A model generated the notes under the pieces. That model saw nothing but the letters and a program-made list of their open reading frames with translations, searched no databases and was not told where the DNA came from. 64,000 nt of DNA. It comes from Tubiluchus corallicola. Lineage: Eukaryota > Animalia > Priapulida. The DNA lies in contig JAQGDQ010000009.1 of the NCBI GenBank assembly GCA_030141605.1, forward strand, positions 620,001-684,000, written 5' to 3'. Each line of letters opens with the position of its first letter. The first letter of the stretch is position 1. The translations under genes were made by a program, and so were the position numbers. Positions 44,947 to 56,389 of the stretch are shown here, one piece after another.

Positions 44947-47900
44947 GGTGTTATCTGCATAAATTATGTGGTGGAATGTGAAATAGGTGTTAACGAAACT
45001 AATGACGCTACAAAAAGCAAAGCTGATTTCATTTCTTTTGGTGATACAACTCGTGCTATTTTTGTGTTCACAAAATAGCTGCGACAAAACAAAATCAGAC
45101 ATAGACATCTACAAGTTGGTACGTATAGTGTGCACTGCAGTGGCACAATATGTTTATTGTAAGTTATGAGGTATTAAAGGAAAAGATGAGTAGTTAAATT
45201 ACACCAGTTTGCTTTCATATTTATTTGGCCAACCTGAATGGAAAACTTGTTCAAAAGTCAAAATTGTGGAAAGGGAAAAACGGAAAGGCCATTGTAAAAT
45301 TAAGATTACCTAAACTGATTTCATCAAATTTTGGGAATCGAAACTGTTTAATTAAGGATCCATTCGGTCTTATATAGAAAATAAAAAAGAAGAATTTACA
45401 GATGGTTTTTACTACGCGTGGTCTACTCTCATTCTTTAAAGGAAGACAGGATAATTTTTCACATACTACCCCATTTTCAAGTCCGATAAAAATCCACATT
45501 TTAACACAATGAATGCTGCAAAAGCGTTTCTGATAATTAAATAATAGATTAAAAACTTAATTAACGGCGGGCCCAACTATTGACGACATCACAAACTAAC
45601 ATAATTTTCAAAGCAAAAGTATTCCATGAGCGTGCTGCACGTGTTTGCGAAAGCGAAAATTGAAGTACAGTGCTACAGTAACAGATTCAGTGTGTTGTAC
45701 CAAAACAAAGCAAGTTTTAAGATAAAAATTCAAATTTCATATTTACCGCTGTGCTCACGCATGAGCTGTCGAACGTGTGTGGTTCGTCACAAACTAACAC
45801 ATCTGAACTGAGAGGTACAGCAGCTGTTTTTTGTGTGTTTCCGGAATGCGATCGCTAGTGCACGTCTAACTAACTAATGACGAAATGGCGATGTAACAGC
45901 GAAGAACTAGTGACTCGAACGTAAAATTGTGTTTGTATGGTAATAATTCTTTCACGTGACATGAGTCAGTCATTTTTGCAAAAATAGCATGTTTTCTTTC
46001 AACATTTTAAGGAATAGATTGTTTTAACCTACAGTTTAAGATTGGGTCCGGTTTTGCTTTAAGTTTATGGGCCTTAAGTTTATGCGTTCATAAGACCACT
46101 CTTCCCCCGGCATGAATTCACCAAATAAACATTAATACCACCAATAACTTACTCCTTTTTGTTCTCGATAAGAAAGTTGTAAGCGACAATTATGTCTTTG
46201 GGTCCTTTTGATGTTGGCAATGGCATCTTCTTTAAGGACCATCCTCTCTCTATTGATGGTCTCTGTTTACCTAATCCCAATTTGTCTGTTAATGGTGGAA
46301 TCAGCATGACCAGTCCACTGAGTGTGATGGTGGCAGCAGCAAAGAAGAAGGCAGGAGAATAAGCCTGTTTGACGTCGTAAATCCACCCTGGAATAACAAT
46401 TCTTCACTAAACGTTGCGTTAGGTTGTATTGAATTAAAACAAAAAGCTCATTTTAGCATAGCTCATCTTAGGATACCCGATTTTAGCATACCTGATTTCA
46501 GCATATCTCATTTTAGCATAGATGATTTTAGTGTAACTCATTTTAGTATAGCTCATTTTAACTAAGTATAGCTCATTTCAGTATCTCTCATTTTATAAAG
46601 CTCATTTTAGTACAGCTGATTTTAGTAAAGCTCTTTTCAGTATCACTGATTTTAGTACAGCTAATTTTTGTGTTAAGTGAATGAATTTTAGGTTACATTA
46701 TCTTCATCTAAATATACACATTGTTCAATTCGAATTTTTCCTTTCATTACCTGCAACTGGAGCTCCTAGAAGGGCACCTACAGCTTCATAGAGAATCAAG
46801 AAACCGTAGGCATTAGCCATCCTGCTCATGCCAACGAACTCCAGAACGATTGTGGGCAACATTGACCCACCTGCAGCAGTCAAGAAGCCAAGTGAAGCGC
46901 AGAACACTGCCATGAAGTTGTAATTCTTGTACAGAGGAAATAAGAAAGTGGAGATGCCAATCACCAGGAAAGAGGTATTGTAGAGGAGAACACAGGATAT
47001 CTTTGGGTGGTTACCCAAGGCTCCAAATGCTATTCTGCCAACAAAATTTGTACTTCCCATGATGCTAATCAGCAACGATGCAGAATCATCCGAATTTCCG
47101 AAACTTTTTGCATAGGCTGGAATATGCAAATATAAGCTGGTCACACCCAAGAAAAATAACAAGTTATTTAAACAAAGTTTTGTGAACTTTTCTTTTCGCA
47201 GCATAGACATGCGTAGAATTTTTGACTTTTTTACAATGTGTGCGTCACCGTCAGTGTTCGTTGGAAAATACACCATACCACAAACACAGAAATTCAGCAT
47301 TATTGCACCACAAATGAGCATACTTTGACGCCATCCATATTCGTCTACAATAATTCGAAAGAGTAGAGGAAATAACAACACTCCCATGCCAGCCCCAGAC
47401 ACAGCCAGGCCTACAGCAAATATTCGTTTTGTCTCAAAATACATTGTGACAGCCATTACACTGGGTATGTAAACCAAGCCCGATCCAAAACCTAAAATAG
47501 ATACAAATCTTAGGTATTAAAAACTTTTCTGTATTAGTAATTAGGCGGTCAAATATTAGGAAGACGTACATTGATATGACTTCAATTCTAAATTAGGTTA
47601 TCTACTACAATTTTGTTAACTCCAGCGACAGATATCAGTCCCAGCAGCTAGATACAGCTTATTTCTGGCTCGCCTTTTTAGTTAACTCGAATTCGTTTAC
47701 ATTCCAAGGTGATTTGTTGTCAACATTAATTATAGGTCTGCAATTTGAATGCATAGTACAGGTGTGACGCCCATTCCACGCGTCTGCAGAAATAGACACA
47801 TTAGAGAGCAAATATTTCTTCTAATTACCTATTAATTAATTGTTAATCTTATACATTATTATTGCTTAACCATGGAAAAATGTTGGTCAAACAGTTCAAC

Positions 47901-49415
47901 ATTCTTGTATAAAAAGAGATTCTGGACTTGTGCCTCCCTCCTTATTGTTGTGTGTGTAGAGCACAACAGCATGAATTACGATGCGCAATCTTGTAAGCTA
48001 TTAGCCTGTCTACTTCAATTTCATTCAAGGTGTTTTTACACATATGGTAAACCTTGAAATACCATTGAAAGTTATTTCAAATCGTAGTCACAACCTGATC
48101 TGCTTTGAGAACAGAAGTTAAAGAGTTAATTACTGCGTGACCTTCTCAGCATAGGTAACCAGCAGTTTTTGAAAAAAATGAAAAATTTTTATACTTGGAT
48201 TTGGTTGCTTTTGTACATGTAAGATCAGGCGGTGTAATTTTGTATAGACTGTCATAATTGTAGTACTTACCAGCTATGACTCCAAAACTGATGTACAGAT
48301 AATAAATACTGGTAGCGAACATGCTGGCTACAAATCCTGCACTGGTCAGGAAGCCTCCGAGAATCGTCACAGTCCGACAGCCGTATCTGTTGACAAGGAT
48401 GCTGGCTAGAAAACCTGTGAAAGATGCGTGCAATTAGGGATTTCGAATCTCTTGAAACTGCTATTGTGAGTTTGAACTACCTTATCTGCTTGCCGCTACC
48501 AAAAAGTTCATTCAAATATGCTGATCATATTTTTGCCTGCAGTGTCATGAAAGCTATAGGAACCACAAAAATTGTCTTTGTTCTCATTGTTTCTGAAGAA
48601 AGCAATCTATTAGAACTGGAAGATACCTGTTTTTTCCGCTCTGCCCACTGGCAGAGATTAAGAGCTGCAAAATAAAATTGAAAGAAGTGAGTTAGTATCT
48701 TATATAAAATTGCGCCATTCCGCTGAAAAGTAATTAGCAAAATATCCATTGAGGCAAACTTGTATTAAAAAATTCTGGAAGCTGTGGCAGCTGCAAAACC
48801 AGGGGACGCCGGGCAGGGAAGGGGATAGAAAGCATGAGATAAGCAAGAAGAGGAGAATTAGCTTCCACCGTGCTTGCAGTACACTGGAAGACAACTGAGC
48901 ATGATGATGATGATGATGATGATGATGATGGTAGTGATGATGATGATGACCATGATGATCATGACGATGATGATGATTGTGAAATGACAGTGTTGTGACG
49001 TTGAAGATAAAGAAGATGATGATGCAGTTATTCCCAGACTAAGAATCTCAGCAGCAATGCAAATGAGTGAGCGAATCAGCCAAGGAGTGAACAAAAAAAC
49101 TGCATTAGCATCATAATTAAGGTTTCCAGCAACTCCAGATCTTCAGTGCTGCAACACCACCTTTCTTGTCGAATGATAATTATAATGATAATGGCGATGA
49201 CAACGACTGATCGGGTACTTACAGGCAAACATCATGACGCCAGTGTTGATGGAGCCAATCCAAGCAGTTGCTGCACTGCTTTCTTGAAACTCCTCTAGAA
49301 AGACAATGTTGAATGCACCAATCCCATACAGAACTGCGTAAATGAGCATGTGGGCAGTAAAGGATGCAACGACAACCACCCAAGCCCAGCCTTGGTCCTG
49401 TTGCAGACGAGGCAT
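44614..49415 (-). CDS. SLC16/monocarboxylate transporter family paralog 2, 5 coding exons, 448 aa
   Basis: Exons 49415-49223, 48414-48271, 47491-46751, 46387-46153, 44647-44614. Same phases and near-identical sizes as paralog 1 (193/144/741/235/34 nt). Ends ELEALAPVSHV*. 5'UTR acceptor at 49534-49535. Confidence 0.93.
44872..44945. repeat. (ATA)~24 microsatellite
   Basis: Perfect trinucleotide run. Source of the poly-N/Y/I pseudo-ORFs. Confidence 0.97.
45440..46058. mobile_element. Degenerate Kolobok-like element related to 22062-22589
   Basis: TTAA on both sides and decayed TIRs (AGGAAGACAGGA and TCCGGTTTTGCT). Collinear internal words (TTAATTAACGGC, CTATTG, AAACTAAC, GCACG) are shared with the 22 kb element. 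Confidence 0.55.
46445..46670. repeat. Degenerate short-unit tandem repeat (~15-20 bp, AGCTCATTTTAGTAT-like)
   Basis: Repeated ctcattttag/ctgattttag words through the intron. Confidence 0.85.
48901..49025. repeat. (ATG)n microsatellite, degenerate at the 3' end
   Basis: Visible directly. Explains the poly-I ORF at 48858-49094. Confidence 0.9.
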
Positions 49416-49893
49416 GGCGATGAAGCGCTCACAACCTCAACAAGAGGCTCCACTCAATGTCTATAATGCATTTTAGTCATTCTTTGTAGACCACAACATC
49501 CAAATATTCTTGGGTGCACCGATCTGCCAACTCCTGAAAAAATTCACTATTTAAGAATTGCATTCAGTTTGAATTGCATGACTTAAGCCCCGTCCAGACT
49601 ATCGGGCGTGCAAGGTTATTCATCGTCCACGGGACAGCGTAGATAGCGTCCGCATGACAACTTTGCATGATACCGATAAAACTTGGAGAACTTCAGTTTT
49701 TAAGATACACGCTTTCCCGGTGAAATTAACCCAGTCAGAGCCTCTTGAGTTTTTTGTACGTGACCATTGCCTTAGTTGCAGAGCTTTGCTTTCATAGGAA
49801 TGCCCGATAACCTAGACATACAGCACTCATCGCGGACATGCAAGCAAGATTGGGAATAAGTTTACGTCATCATGCTTGCCTCATCTTCAATTT

Positions 49894-51523
49894 AATAGAC
49901 CTTGTACGAGGGTCTATGTTACGCCTTATAGCATATATATTACAAAATCGCAATATTTGCATAAAGGTAAATGACTATATGTCCAATCAATATCGATGCA
50001 ATTTAGGATTTCCACAGGGGTCAGTTATAGCCCCAATACTGTTTATATTTTTCATTGCCGATATGTTTTATAACATGCATGACTCAGTTAAAAAGCACAA
50101 GTATGTTGATGATGGATCTTTGCATGTGTCAAATACAGACCCGCAAACCTGTGTTACAATTGCACAAAGCTCTTGTGATGTGCTTCACAAATGGTGCCAG
50201 AAATGGCGTTTAAAGATAAATACGTTACCTGGTACAGAAGCATTGCTAGTAGGGGCACCAGACAATTTAAAAATTAGTTACAATGAAATACTGTTTGTTG
50301 AAGACAGCAAAATATTAGGCCTAACTGTTGATCGGAAATAAACACGTGGGTAATGTTCATAAAAAGGTATGGTATAGATGGTTGAAAGTAAAAAACAATT
50401 GCAGTAAATATACAGGTTTGCGACTTGCTACCGTTGTAAATATAAAACTACTATTTTGCCGATTATACTGTACGGTGCTATTGCATTGTTAAGTAAAAAA
50501 CTCTTTATTTGAAGACATAATCTATGATATAATGAAAGTTGCTGCGGGGTCTGCTTTTAAACCAGATCGAACTAAATTGGTAATACTTTGTGGTCTTCCA
50601 CCGTTAGACATTGAATTAAATGTAATTGTTGTTAATTCATGTCTCAAGACGTTATGTCAGAATGCTGATGATTTAGTTAAACAAAAGACTCTGCGGTATG
50701 GTAGTGCACGTCTGACAGGAACGCATATTTATTAAAATATTATGTATACACATGCGCAGACTGTGAGACACTTTTTAAAATTTGTCTGGAATGAAAACTT
50801 CCGTACTACAGATCTTGAAGAAGTTCCTGAAGATATGTTAAAGTACACTAAACGTCAAATTATGGATTATGTTTCTAGTACCTGGTCAAACAAATATAAG
50901 CATGTTATGCAATTTCGAGGAGAAAATGTTGAAATACAGAATATAAAATGTAAACCCTTGAATTTGCCGCTTGGAAATAATGAAAGGAAAATAGAATCCA
51001 TTGCCATGTCTTTTTTAACTGGCCAGGGGAATTTTAACAGCTTTTTGTATAGACTTAATATGTGTGATACTAGGTTATGTCCATGTGGAGAAGAAGAGCA
51101 AACTCAGCACATTTTATTCAGATGCAATAAAGTAGATAATACAAAAAGAATGCGTTTCATAGAAATAACTGATGCCAATTATACACGTAATATTATGCTT
51201 CAATCTGATGAAAATTTAATAATGGCTTTCACTAGCCTGATCAGAGATAATTTTATACTAAGTAATTGTTAATTTAGGCCCGCTCGAGTATACAAAAATA
51301 AATTATGTAGTTGTGTAAAGTTAATTTGTTTGTATAATACTTGTGATTCGTTTGAAATTATATCTAATTTAAGTATAAAATGTTATTCGTTGTACATAGT
51401 GAGAAACTGGATTTAAAAGATTTGTTATATGAAAATGTAAATTGTTGATCTGAGCCTGCAAAAGGGGGCACCTTTTTGTATATATGTTCATTTCTTTAAT
51501 AAAGATTTATTATTATAAAAAAA
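49894..51523 (+). mobile_element. 5'-truncated, decayed non-LTR retrotransposon (LINE): C-terminal RT, CCHC finger and 3' tail
   Basis: RT motifs GFPQGSVIAPILF, KYVDD, WCQKWRLKIN, KILGLTVD. C-terminal LTGQGNF...CPCGEEEQTQHILFRC. Broken by stops and frameshifts (50341, ~50440-50530, 50735). Ends AATAAA-(TTA)3-A7. Candidate TSD TCTTCAATTT (49884-49893) and TATTCAATTT (51524-51533). Confidence 0.9.
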
Positions 51524-51768
51524 TATTCAATTTGCATTACAGTGAGAAGTTGATTGCTGAAATTTACACGACGAGTCTTACTCTTTGTACGCATCAACTT
51601 TTCACAACTGTTCAGTCAGTTTAGCATTTGTTTTGATAATGATTTTTCTGATAATAAGCTGACGCGAGGCGGCATATTTCATTTGTCTTTGTTGTAGACT
51701 TCAGTGACCTTCAAGTAGTGTGCCAAGGTGAATGCGAACTAAAAGGCTTCATTTGAAAAAAAATTCCT

Positions 51769-52060
51769 ATTTTTAGATAACTTAGGTCGGAGAATTAGCG
51801 GAGCGTTGTGTTTTCTGCATGTGATCTAATGATTTCATCTGCGTGTGCCTGTCTGTGAGTCTATAATAAGGTCAAGACCAAATGTTAAGGTAAAAGGGCA
51901 AAAATATCATAAGTTTCACCATATTCAGTTAATTTCGGGCATGGGTCTACATCACTTTTGTGTACCCTCTAGTTTTAATGACTACCTGCCTGTCTCAGCT
52001 TATATATGTAAGGGTTTCGCTATTACGCCAACATGCGCGGATAAGCGAGGATGATTTTAC
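51769..52060. mobile_element. Possible Helentron-associated (HINE-like) short element
   Basis: T-rich start, decayed GTCT-like microsatellite (tctgcgtgtgcctgtctgtgagtct), AAGGTCAA-type words, GC-rich 3' segment. Recognised by layout only. Confidence 0.35.
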
Positions 52061-54904
52061 TTTAATTAAATTAATTAGTATTAACGGCTTATGATTAAAA
52101 ATAAGGATTGGCAAACAAAATATGAAAAAAACAAAGCCTACCTAGTCGAAGAGACTCATCGGATCGCGACAATTTATTTAAAATTGAGACATTCGCTGAG
52201 CGCCGCACTTAATGAATTCTGATTATATAAAGAAAATCGGTCTATTAATATTTATTTCGATACAAATCAGCGACACAAAATAAACTTCTAACAAATTCAA
52301 TTAGTAAAAGTTTGCTGTTCAATATCGTTATAATAATGAATTATTTTTAATGTAATAAAATATCTAAATTTATAAAATATAATTTGTTGTAAAATTTATA
52401 TAACTGCAATATACACTCACTCATATAATTTAAGCACACGCTATTCACATTGTGCTGCACGCTTAATCGCAAACACAGACACTAAGAAGTTATCAACATA
52501 AGCATTCTGTATAGCAGACGCTTTTACGTCAGCATCTCGAGTTACCTTGCATTCACCCACTTGCGCAAATTGATCACGTGCTAATTTGACGTTCCAGTTC
52601 AAGCTAGTGTTACAACTAGATTGAACCAGTTCCGCTTTGATCCAGCCGTCGATTGTAGTCGTGGATCAGATGATTTAGGGTCGCTCTGATTGGAGACTGA
52701 CGAAGCGCAGAATCGTATCAAAAATAACTTGACTGCCCAGTAGCATGCAGAACTAAGAACTAGCGATAAATTTCAGGCAAACACGATTACATTACAAGTT
52801 AAAAAGCCTCCTTGGACATAACAGTTTTTGAGTAGGTTAGTTAAGAAAATCAGTCGAAAAAAACGTTCGTTTTTGAACGTTTTGCTTAGCTTGCCAGTTT
52901 ATTTTCGGTAACACCCTTTCAGTTATTGATTGGGACAATGTGACCTGTGTTTACTACTATATATGCAATAGCAGCTGACTGTGCAAACCGGATTTCACCA
53001 GTTTGTTGCTATTAAAATCCCTACCTCAGAGGCAGTTGCTCGCGGAACAGCTGTACTCAATTAGTGAAAATGGGAACATTTAGCTTGATAAACGTACCTC
53101 AGACTGCAAGATCGCCTTCGGAACAAATCTTTATTTTTTAATTACTTTATAGATAGTTTACAGCTATAGCATCGTTTATTTTACTTGCTGCAACAAAACA
53201 TATATCGAATTGTTTCTAATTCGCTCCGTCAAGCAGTTAATTTTCTACTGTTTTAGGTATCACTTACTTAGCTGTACAGTTTATACTGAGTACTTAATTT
53301 CGAACTAGACACGGTAATATGGCTGGAGCACTTAATAATGATATTATTTTGTCCGGTCTTCAATTCATAATTCATAGTAAACGTTTACATGAGTTTGCTA
53401 TTTCACAATCATGACATTTTACAACTTATTAAGTATTTCAGGCACCACTAGTTTCATCATCTCAAATCAGTTTCATCATCACTCATTTGACATTCACCCA
53501 CATTCAAAGTGTTTTCTTCTTATGTTAGTAGTCAACGCAAAACAAATTTATGTTTCATATGCACGTCAAACTGTATTGAACGGTGAAACCTATTGTGGAG
53601 AGGCTTATTATAGGTTCTTCTGAACCTAATAGCCAATCTTGTTAACAATTCTATTCTATTTTCCTGTCAATTATACGTATGTAACATATTAAATTTGTTA
53701 AAAAATACTGTTTCAACCAATGTGACTGGAACTTAATATCCTGGCATTGTAAAAAAAAACACCTCTTGTATTTCTCCAAAACTCATAATTATACTTTATT
53801 AAACAATAAATCCATTTGTAGTTAACTCGCACTCATGAATACTTAATACTTCGTGAAGAAAATGTAAGCAAGGCATTTGACAGAGGGGCAGAAACTGAAT
53901 GAAGCACATAAATAACGAATTATAATAATACTAATTATTATAACTTAACAAGCGATAAATGGCTGATAATAATCAGGAAAAATAAGTACAAAGCCGATCT
54001 TCAACTTTTCGCCTTAGGATTGGCTCAACCTGGTTGTGGATTAAAATCAATTGGATTGCGAGTGGATGTGAATTTTATGCCAAATTGTAGTGGTTAGGTA
54101 AATTTAAGTGAGGACGATCCTTACTACTAACAATATGAAAAATAATCACCAAATTCAACACACGATTGTTTATCGTTCTTGCTCACACAGAAATATTAGT
54201 ACATTACGCTCACGGCTGAACAAATCAACATATAAAATTATAGAAATTTCAAAGATGTGCTTGTCTGACACGTACAATCAGGTGTTCTGTCCTTTTATTT
54301 CAGGCTGCGGCGTGTGCATATTCTGTAATAATTAGTGATTGTATTATCATTATAAAAACAGTTACGAATCCTTCGTGATTTTTTTGTTTGTTTTTTTCAC
54401 CTCAGTTTAGTTCTTTTGCAGTTCGCATAAGTAGCCTGCACACTTTCGGCAATTAAATTATATTTTTAAATTATATTGGGACAACAAGTATGTTCATTTA
54501 CTAGACAAATATGCACTTATTAAATATGATTTACTTAGTTGCTTTATTGTCAAAATTCATTGTTCTTAGTGACAGCGCGCCGCTTACGCACTCGCTACAG
54601 ATAGGCTCTTCTTGCTGTGTCACCAACTCGTATTATTATTGCCTGTTTATGTCGAGAATGACGACTGACACTGATGACTCCGACTGATGTCGCCAAATTC
54701 AAACGACATTCAATTTTCACTGTCATTCTCGGCGTCCACTTGGTTCAACAACACTGGCAAAAACAAGAATGACGGTATGAACGGCCTACTAGGCTATTAT
54801 AATGGTATTATTGCTACGCCGTTTTAAGATTTAAATGTCCCACCCATTAAACCAAAATAAGAAAAATTTAGTTCATAAGTCGCCTGCAAACTTTACGGGC
54901 AGCA

Positions 54905-55133
54905 ATCACAATTTGTTACTGCAAAGTTTACAGATACATATATATATTGATGCAGCCAAATAAGTAACAAATTGTAGCATTATTTTTGAAAAAAACTTTG
55001 ACTCCACTATCATAATCCATCACAATTTGTTACTGCAAAGTTTACAGATACATATATATATTAATGCAGCCAAATAGGTAACAAATTGTAGCCTTACTTT
55101 TGAAAAAAAACATTGACTCCACTATCATAATCC
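54905..55133. repeat. Tandem duplication, 114-bp unit x2
   Basis: atcacaatttgttactgcaaagtttacagatacatatatatatt...gactccactatcataatcc starts at 54905 and again at 55019. Confidence 0.93.
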
Positions 55134-56389
55134 TTCTTCGATTTTTGCTTTAAAAAATCACCCTGGACATGCATAACCCTACATCCGCAAACTTTATCTA
55201 TATTTAGGCCTCCTATTTTGTCCATAATCGTATATAACTATAATTATAGCCACCCTTAGCTAAGTTACTGCGATTCAGTCTCGTTTATTCAGGTTTTTCA
55301 TTTATCAGTGGTCAAAAACAGCAAAAAACAGTTTCAAACAAGTTAACTTTGTAAATTTTTCATTTTTGTAAACACTTAAGCATTAGCATTCTAGCAACAA
55401 CAAAATTAATTTGGTAACTAATCCTTTATTAACTAAATTCAAATTTAATAATTATTGATCATGTGACAGCTGTAGTAAATGTATTATAACTATTTATAAA
55501 ATAATTTGCAATAAAGATAAAAGTAAATCTGTTGAGCTGTACATATAGAAAACTATTACAGACAAAAAATAATCATAATTTTTGCATAAATGTACCACAA
55601 AAATGGCAGCACATGTGCATAAATTATTGCAATTACTATCACAGCAGGCAGACAACATAATTAAGATAACTTCATATACACATATCCCTAACACACAAAT
55701 ACAACATTTACTACCAGGTACAACACATCTTAAAAAGTAGTAGTTTCTGAACATAAATCGACAGCATTTTGTGAAAGAACAAAATTTTACAATATTCAAC
55801 AAAATAACATAATACAAATAAACAATGCAACAAATACAACTATTGCACTATTCTTTGTAAACACATGCAAATATCTTAATGTATGTAATTCAAGTGCACG
55901 AGTATCAATTCCTACTCTCTAACAACAATTCACTTGTACTGCTACATAGCTCCAATTACAAAATCTTTATTTCAGAAATGTTATTTACAAAAACTTGCAA
56001 AAATTTATATTGTAAACAAGAAGACAATTAGTGATAAAGTTTTAATCACAATTGTTTTGTACATTATTTACATGAGAAGTACCAAAGTACTGTAAGCTCA
56101 TAGATTGCAGGTATACTATCTCAGCTAAAGTCGATATCAAAAAACAATGAATTGTAATCCGTCATGAACTAAGTGATTCCTAGTCTATATCCTAGGTCCA
56201 GCCTAGATAAATGTATTATAGGCCCAGGTATCCCTGAAGACAAATGAGTGTCACAGATCACAAACCGCAAACAGTGGTTTTGAAATGTGTTCATCTTTGG
56301 GATGCTTGTGGTCATCTGACACAAGTCTTTTGGGTCAGCCAGTGTCAAAATGATGAGTATCAGCAAGCCTTCCAACAGAATCAGGCAAG

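Noticed and set aside
44760-45169. Poly-N, poly-Y and poly-I ORFs
   Set aside because: Products of the (ATA)n microsatellite.
49587-49822. Harbinger-like MITE beside the LINE
   Set aside because: The left end AGCCCCGTCCAGACTATCGGGC has only a partial inverted match (GCCCGATAACCTAGAC) and there is no TSD.
49838-51272. Domesticated or active reverse transcriptase gene (retron/DGR-like system)
   Set aside because: It lacks the N-terminal RT motifs and the endonuclease, has several stops and frameshifts, and ends in a LINE-type tail. It is a dead insertion.
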